A stretch of 64,000 nucleotides of DNA from a virus (Duplodnaviria; Caudoviricetes). Below are positions 58,920 to 64,000 of this stretch, one piece after another (positions within the stretch are counted from its first letter, which is position 1; each line of letters starts with the position of its first letter). Below the pieces are notes generated by a model. The model did no database searches. It saw nothing but the letters and a program-made list of their open reading frames with translations, and had not been told where the DNA came from. The DNA lies in IMG/VR virus record IMGVR_UViG_3300033463_000005, positions 64,001 through 128,000 of that record. One strand, 5' to 3'. Both the position numbers and the translations under genes were made by a program.

Positions 58920-61103
58920 ATGAAGAATCAAACATTCAAGGAATCGGTTGAAAATAAAATCAAACAATCTCCATCATTGATTGCTGCATTGGAATCCGTT
59001 GCAGCAATGTATGGTATTCCTGCGGAGAATATCGTGGTGGATGATCGTTTGAATTCTATCCAGGTGCAAGGTGATACGATCCTTGCACCTGATAAACCGA
59101 ATCCGTCACAAAACACACAATCAATCGTGTGTGCAATTGGTGCGGTTCTCGATTACATTTCCCAGAGAATCGATAAGAAGCTGGATGCTTATCAGGCAGA
59201 CAATATTGCGAAAGCGCAGGAACCAGTTCAGCCTCCTGTTCCAGCACCTTCTCCTGCGGATGTGCCGATTGAACCGGATGCAACATCATCCACATACTTC
59301 ACCGATGAAGATGATGTCATGAAGAATGTTCCAACACAAGTTGACATCAAACAAGCATTGGCACAGGCCGAGAATAATATTCCAGCTCAAATCAATGAGT
59401 CTGCTTTGATGGTAGATCTGGTTGATCGTTTCCATGGTACAACAACACTCGGTTATGATTTGCTTCAGCATCAAGGATTCGATTTTGTACAGCCGACAAA
59501 CAAAATCGTTCAGGAAGCTGACGAAGGTGAATCTTCCGAAGCATCCGGTTCAATGAAACAAATTCAACATATGAAATTTGATAACTCCAAGATTTTGGAT
59601 GCTATCAAATTATTCAATGATGCATATGTTGAATCATTGAAGGATGGTCCCATTGACGAAGATGAAAATGAAAAACCAAAACCGAAACCGGAAGAAAAGA
59701 AACCCGAGCCAGATTCATCAGATAATAAATCCGATGATAAAACGGATGATAAAACGGATGATAAAAAGGGTGCTGCCGGTAATAGTGGTTCTAACGAGAA
59801 ACCTTCAAGAGTTAAAGTCTCCAGAATGATGAAAACTCCTGAGTGGAAAATGGGTGTCAAACGTCTGGAAGAACAGTTTGATTGTAAACTGAAAATCAAT
59901 TATGACCCTGAACACGAGACAAACATGTACACGATGATCAATGAAAACCAAAGACGTGAGAAATTGATCATCTCTAAAAGTAAGGGCTTCCAACTCAGTG
60001 GTATGAGAATTAATATCACAATTGCTGGACGCATGATGGACACATTCATCAAATATCGTGACAAGCAATTATTTGGTCAATCAATGGTGTCTGTTTTCCT
60101 TCACGAAATCTTCCACAACATTGTCCAAATGATTGCGCAGTTTGATTTTGATTTCATCACGTCGATGTCATCTACGATGATGATTGCAACTTCAACAAAA
60201 AGTGTGAAAGCACGTCGTGCAATCTTTTCAAACTATGTAAAATCAATTCGTTCAATTGACGGAAAGAAACTTGGTTTGTTTGAACGAAAGAAAATGATTC
60301 GTCAATTGCTTTACATCTCGGCAGCACAATACGATGCCAATATGATCAATGAATTGAAAAAGCAGATTGATTCTGGTGAAGCTTCAAAAGATACAATCGA
60401 CAAATATATCAAAGCCATGGAAAAGTCGATTGAAAAAGAGAAGAAGTGGAGAGAACGCAGAGACAAGCCTCTTATCAAAGTTCTGAATGCAATCATGGTC
60501 ATCGGTGGATTGTTGACAGTATTTATCGGCGTTGGTTTCATCATCCTGTTCGCATGGTCAATGTTGCCGATTTCCGGCATGAAACAATCCGACTATGAGA
60601 AATGGTTGAAAGAATACTTGAATAATCCAAACAAAGAAGAATACTACTGTGATCTATTTGCCGGTATTTACAATTTACCAGTCACATTCTTACTCGGTAG
60701 CGTATCTCTGACCGGTGGTAAAACGGCATCGAGAATTGATGATCCGCGTTTAAAGAAACTTGCTTCTTTAGAAAAAGAAATTTCACAAATGATTTTCTCA
60801 ACATATCCGACATTGGAAGAAAGATGCTATGCTTCCGTTAAGATTGCGAAGAAAGCATTGGAAGACAATCCGGATATGGATCCGTCACTAAAGGAATATC
60901 TCCAGTGGATTATTGACAATTATAAGAATCTGGAAGATATTGGTATTGAGGATGATTACAATGCCGGTGCATTCAATCCAAAAGAAGCAGATGATTTGGA
61001 TGAACACATTCAGAGAATCATCGACCATGGTGATGTGACTGTCACGGAATCTGCAAAGCCATTTCAGAAGAAATCAAAGATCGGTCGATTTTCAAACAAT
61101 TGA
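58920..61103 (+). CDS. Zinc metallopeptidase (M48/zincin-like) with transmembrane segment, probable virion precursor
   Basis: FLHEIFH, hydrophobic segment AIMVIGGLLTVFIGVGFIILFAW, EEYYCDLFA, STYPTLEER; INES and IVQE-A sites upstream. Confidence 0.7.
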   Translation: MKNQTFKESVENKIKQSPSLIAALESVAAMYGIPAENIVVDDRLNSIQVQGDTILAPDKPNPSQNTQSIVCAIGAVLDYISQRIDKKLDAYQADNIAKAQEPVQPPVPAPSPADVPIEPDATSSTYFTDEDDVMKNVPTQVDIKQALAQAENNIPAQINESALMVDLVDRFHGTTTLGYDLLQHQGFDFVQPTNKIVQEADEGESSEASGSMKQIQHMKFDNSKILDAIKLFNDAYVESLKDGPIDEDENEKPKPKPEEKKPEPDSSDNKSDDKTDDKTDDKKGAAGNSGSNEKPSRVKVSRMMKTPEWKMGVKRLEEQFDCKLKINYDPEHETNMYTMINENQRREKLIISKSKGFQLSGMRINITIAGRMMDTFIKYRDKQLFGQSMVSVFLHEIFHNIVQMIAQFDFDFITSMSSTMMIATSTKSVKARRAIFSNYVKSIRSIDGKKLGLFERKKMIRQLLYISAAQYDANMINELKKQIDSGEASKDTIDKYIKAMEKSIEKEKKWRERRDKPLIKVLNAIMVIGGLLTVFIGVGFIILFAWSMLPISGMKQSDYEKWLKEYLNNPNKEEYYCDLFAGIYNLPVTFLLGSVSLTGGKTASRIDDPRLKKLASLEKEISQMIFSTYPTLEERCYASVKIAKKALEDNPDMDPSLKEYLQWIIDNYKNLEDIGIEDDYNAGAFNPKEADDLDEHIQRIIDHGDVTVTESAKPFQKKSKIGRFSNN

Positions 61104-61116
61104 GGTGATATGAACC

Positions 61117-61860
61117 ATGCGACGAACGAAATGCATGTTCTGTCCAAAGATATTTGATGATAAACATAAGTATTGTCATCATGTCGCATCTCAGCATAAT
61201 GATCAGATCCCAGAAGATCAGGAACCATTAGAATTTGCATATTCGTTGTTGGTCCATAAACCAACTGGAAGATCGTGTGTGATTTGTCGCAAGAATCCGG
61301 TCAACTTCAATCAACAAACGTTGAAGTATGACCGGATTTGCGATAATCCGCAGTGTAAAGAAGAATATGTGAAATTAATGAAAGCGCGAATGGTTCGTGT
61401 ACATGGACAAGAACATTTGTTGAATGATGCGGATATGCAACGAAAGATGTTGTATAACAATCACAATGCACGTGATTTCATTTGGGATGCGGATCATAAG
61501 TTCCGTGTGATCGGTACATATGAAGAAGACTTCCTAAAGAAACTGCGTTCGATCGGTTGGAGTCCAAATGATGTGATTGCGCCATCACCAAACAATTATT
61601 GGTATAAATGGAAAGATGGAACGTTGCATCTTTACATACCCGATTTCTACATTCCATCATTGTCATTGGAAGTTGAAATCAAAGAATCCGATAACAAACA
61701 CCCAAGAATGGAACATGAACGCGAAATGGAAGCATTGAAAGATAAACGATTACATGATGAAGAAAAGAAAACCAATATTCATTACATCAAAATCGTTGAT
61801 AAGAACTACGATGAATTCATTCGCGATTATGTGAAGTCTGATGAAAATAAACCAGAATAA
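61117..61860 (+). CDS. Zinc-finger PD-(D/E)XK endonuclease
   Basis: C2H2 finger CMFC...HVASQH, CVIC...CDNPQC, YIPDFY...EVEIKE. Confidence 0.7.
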   Translation: MRRTKCMFCPKIFDDKHKYCHHVASQHNDQIPEDQEPLEFAYSLLVHKPTGRSCVICRKNPVNFNQQTLKYDRICDNPQCKEEYVKLMKARMVRVHGQEHLLNDADMQRKMLYNNHNARDFIWDADHKFRVIGTYEEDFLKKLRSIGWSPNDVIAPSPNNYWYKWKDGTLHLYIPDFYIPSLSLEVEIKESDNKHPRMEHEREMEALKDKRLHDEEKKTNIHYIKIVDKNYDEFIRDYVKSDENKPE

Positions 61861-61876
61861 CAAAGGAGGATTTATT

Positions 61877-62050
61877 ATGCCAAAAAAGAATACGATTTTT
61901 TCTTCTTCTACAGAAAAGAAGGAGACAAAGACAAGAAAAAAGAAAACTGAAGTCAAAGAAGAAGAATCATTGGAACTTTCTGCTGAAATGGATGAAGAAC
62001 TCTCCAATGGTCTCGGTGATGATGAAGAGGAAGATGGTGAATCTGTATGA
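61877..62050 (+). CDS. Small basic/acidic protein
   Basis: RBS AAAGGAGG before ATG 61877; K-rich N-half, E/D-rich C-half. Confidence 0.55.
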   Translation: MPKKNTIFSSSTEKKETKTRKKKTEVKEEESLELSAEMDEELSNGLGDDEEEDGESV

Positions 62051-63051
62051 ATGAATTATTAACATATATTGATCAAATCGATACTGCATCATGTATTGCA
62101 GAAATGGAAACACTGAATGCATTATGTGATTCCTATATAAAAGCATCGATGATTATTGAAGCTGTCGATGAATCTACAGACACATCATCGTTTAGTATTT
62201 TCCAAGAACTAAATACTGATACACTTAAAGATGCATTTAGAAATTTCATGTATACCGATGGAACTATGCCGCATGGAAAACCCGGAGAAAGTGTTGTAAA
62301 AAAGATACTATTATTCATTCCGAGATTGTTTTTGATGTTTTTACGACAGCTAATGAAGCTTGTCGTCTTCATAGTAGGTCATTTAGTGGATGACATAATA
62401 TCTATAAAAGATGATAAATATCGGTATCTCCCGATTGATCCAGAGGTATTTCGATCCGATATACTTAATCAGATTGATAATTTAATTAGTCTATTTAAAG
62501 ATGTGCATGAACATGTACCGAATAACTGTGACTCACCAGCGAAATATTATTCGATATTAGTCTCGACGGTTATTGATCTGACTAATGGGTTCGAAATACC
62601 AACAGTGAATGGCAAAATGAAAAATGCTACAATGGAAATTGCATTAGACGAGTTCGCTAAATATTTAAAGCAGTATGACGATGGAGGTTCAAAACACAAA
62701 AAACTGTTTAAAGAAACCAAAGAAAATTCACCACAGTCACAGGAATATACCTCTAAGCTAATGAAAAAATCATATCACAATACAGTTAGAGAATTGAAAA
62801 ATCTCATAAAAAGACTTAATTATGTGAATAAAAATTTCAAACAACAATATGAACAAGATGAAGCTATGGGTGATGCATATCGTGCAGTAAATAAAATGCG
62901 ATCTAACCTAGCATATATTCTTCAATTTTTGGCAAAGATTTCTACTACGTGTACAGAATATTCCAATAAACATAAATTGAATGAATATAAAGATTCATAT
63001 CGCTATGATTCTGCTGAATTTGATGATGACTACAACGAGGAGGAATCTTAA
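62047..63051 (+). CDS. Internal head protein, shared-leader family
   Basis: MNELLTYIDQIDTASCIAEMETLNALCDSYIKASMIIEA...SIFQE-L then GKPGESVVKKILLFIPRL. Confidence 0.7.
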   Translation: MNELLTYIDQIDTASCIAEMETLNALCDSYIKASMIIEAVDESTDTSSFSIFQELNTDTLKDAFRNFMYTDGTMPHGKPGESVVKKILLFIPRLFLMFLRQLMKLVVFIVGHLVDDIISIKDDKYRYLPIDPEVFRSDILNQIDNLISLFKDVHEHVPNNCDSPAKYYSILVSTVIDLTNGFEIPTVNGKMKNATMEIALDEFAKYLKQYDDGGSKHKKLFKETKENSPQSQEYTSKLMKKSYHNTVRELKNLIKRLNYVNKNFKQQYEQDEAMGDAYRAVNKMRSNLAYILQFLAKISTTCTEYSNKHKLNEYKDSYRYDSAEFDDDYNEEES

Positions 63052-64000
63052 TGGCCAATTATACAAATTCTCCATTGGTTGAATACACACATATTTCTCC
63101 ATACAGAAATTCTCCACGTAATCAACCAATCACAAAAATTACATGGCATCACACTGCAGGTGTGTGTTCATTGGAACAGTTCGATGAAATTGTTCATCGT
63201 CCCGGAAGAAACATGTCTTCCAATTACATGGTCGACAAAGATGCTCGCGTTGGACTCTTCTGCCCAGAGTCTGATCGTTGCTGGTGTTCGTCATCTTCGT
63301 GGAATGATAACAGAGCGGTTGTATTGGAAATATCCAACTCCAAGAGTGGTGGAGATTGGCCTATCTCTGATAAAGTATATCAGAAGTGTATTGAACTGAC
63401 CGTGGATATCTGCAAACGAAATGGAATTAAAAAATTAACATTTACCGGTGACAAGAATGGATCTTTGACATTCCATCGTTTTTACGCCGCAACTGGATGT
63501 GTTCCCACTACAACAACAGAACTGCTCACACCGACAGGTTGGAAATCCATTGGGGATATCCAAGTTGGTGACACTATTATGACAGTTGATCCAAAAACAT
63601 TGGATATGAAATTTGATACTGTCGAGAATTTGACAAATAAACACATTGATGATGTTTACACTGTCAGGGGAATGTCAGTCACAAAGGAACATCGTGTGTT
63701 ATGTCATACATCCGATGATATGACAACCATTGGATATCAATTCAAATCATTTGATGAGTTGAAAGATAAGTCATATCGAATTCCTGTTGCTGGATATACA
63801 ACCAATGCCGGAATTGAAATGACATCTTCTGAAATGGTATTTCTGTTGAGATATCAATGGCATGGTACATTGTTAGATGACGGAACTGTTTCATTTGTAT
63901 TCGTAAATGAAAATCAACTTGGATACATGCGTACATTATTGACAAACATTGGATACAAATTCGATACAGAACGCGATGATCTCGGTCCAGTTCATGTATA
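63051..64000 (+). CDS. N-acetylmuramoyl-L-alanine amidase (Amidase_2) endolysin interrupted by an intein; 3' partial
   Basis: Manual translation from ATG 63051 (coupled TAATG), open to the window end: KITWHHTAG, SSNY, DRCWCSSS, NDNRAVVLEISN, LTVDICKRNGI, LTFHRFYAATG-C. Confidence 0.88.
   Translation, partial: MANYTNSPLVEYTHISPYRNSPRNQPITKITWHHTAGVCSLEQFDEIVHRPGRNMSSNYMVDKDARVGLFCPESDRCWCSSSSWNDNRAVVLEISNSKSGGDWPISDKVYQKCIELTVDICKRNGIKKLTFTGDKNGSLTFHRFYAATGCVPTTTTELLTPTGWKSIGDIQVGDTIMTVDPKTLDMKFDTVENLTNKHIDDVYTVRGMSVTKEHRVLCHTSDDMTTIGYQFKSFDELKDKSYRIPVAGYTTNAGIEMTSSEMVFLLRYQWHGTLLDDGTVSFVFVNENQLGYMRTLLTNIGYKFDTERDDLGPVHV
63498..64000 (+). mobile_element. Intein (Hint domain plus degenerate LAGLIDADG-like region), 3' partial
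   Basis: Block A CVPTTTTELLTPTGWKSIGDIQVGD; block B SVTKEHRV (TxxH); YRIPVAG then FLLRYQWHGTL at the block C position. Confidence 0.8.

Larger units (their letters stand above)
1..64000. mobile_element. Segment of a jumbo bacteriophage genome (virion structural region; encodes its own split multisubunit RNA polymerase)
   Basis: Large capsid protein, gp21-type prohead protease, gp25/gp6-like baseplate proteins, tail hydrolases, endolysin and an rpoB C-terminal fragment; scrambled gene orientation; no host housekeeping genes or integrase seen. Confidence 0.93.

Noticed and set aside
63079-63945. Short ORFs listed at 63079, 63435 and 63742
   Set aside because: They are shadows of the amidase-intein ORF that starts at 63051 and runs off the window
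1-64000. Alternative genetic code (stop-codon reassignment as in some gut jumbo phages)
   Set aside because: Very long ORFs are intact in code 11, coding density is near complete, and TAA, TGA and TAG (rusA) all terminate genes at sensible positions
1-64000. Portal, terminase, tail sheath, phage-nucleus shell or tubulin genes
   Set aside because: No recognisable motifs in this window; they may lie elsewhere or be too divergent to identify by eye

Overview
The window is a densely coding, AT-rich segment of a jumbo myovirus-type phage genome. Strong AAGGAG ribosome-binding sites and the endolysin type suggest a Bacillota (Clostridia-like) host. It covers virion genes. Positions 1-18.7 kb hold tail-tip/baseplate and fibre genes, followed by a RusA resolvase and a small non-structural island with an HU-like protein. 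Two giant paralogous tail/tape-measure-like proteins (24.4-36.6 kb) carry swapped peptidoglycan-hydrolase cassettes. The remainder encodes a neck-like protein, the major capsid protein, a T4 gp21-type prohead protease, a gp25-like wedge protein and a stand-alone C-terminal fragment of an RNA polymerase beta subunit (a split multisubunit phage RNAP, as in phiKZ/AR9). Two observations stand out. First, there is an apparent capsid-cargo system: seven dispersed genes share a ~40-55 aa N-terminal leader ending in [I/F/V]-Q-E fused to unrelated payloads. The same motif sits at domain junctions of the capsid, the protease and several polyproteins, where cleavage would release a SMI1/KNR4 domain, a zinc metallopeptidase and a type IV pilin-like N-terminus. 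Second, a gene missing from the ORF track (63051 to window end) encodes an Amidase_2 endolysin with an intein inserted exactly at its zinc-ligand cysteine. All assignments come from manual motif recognition; no searches were run.
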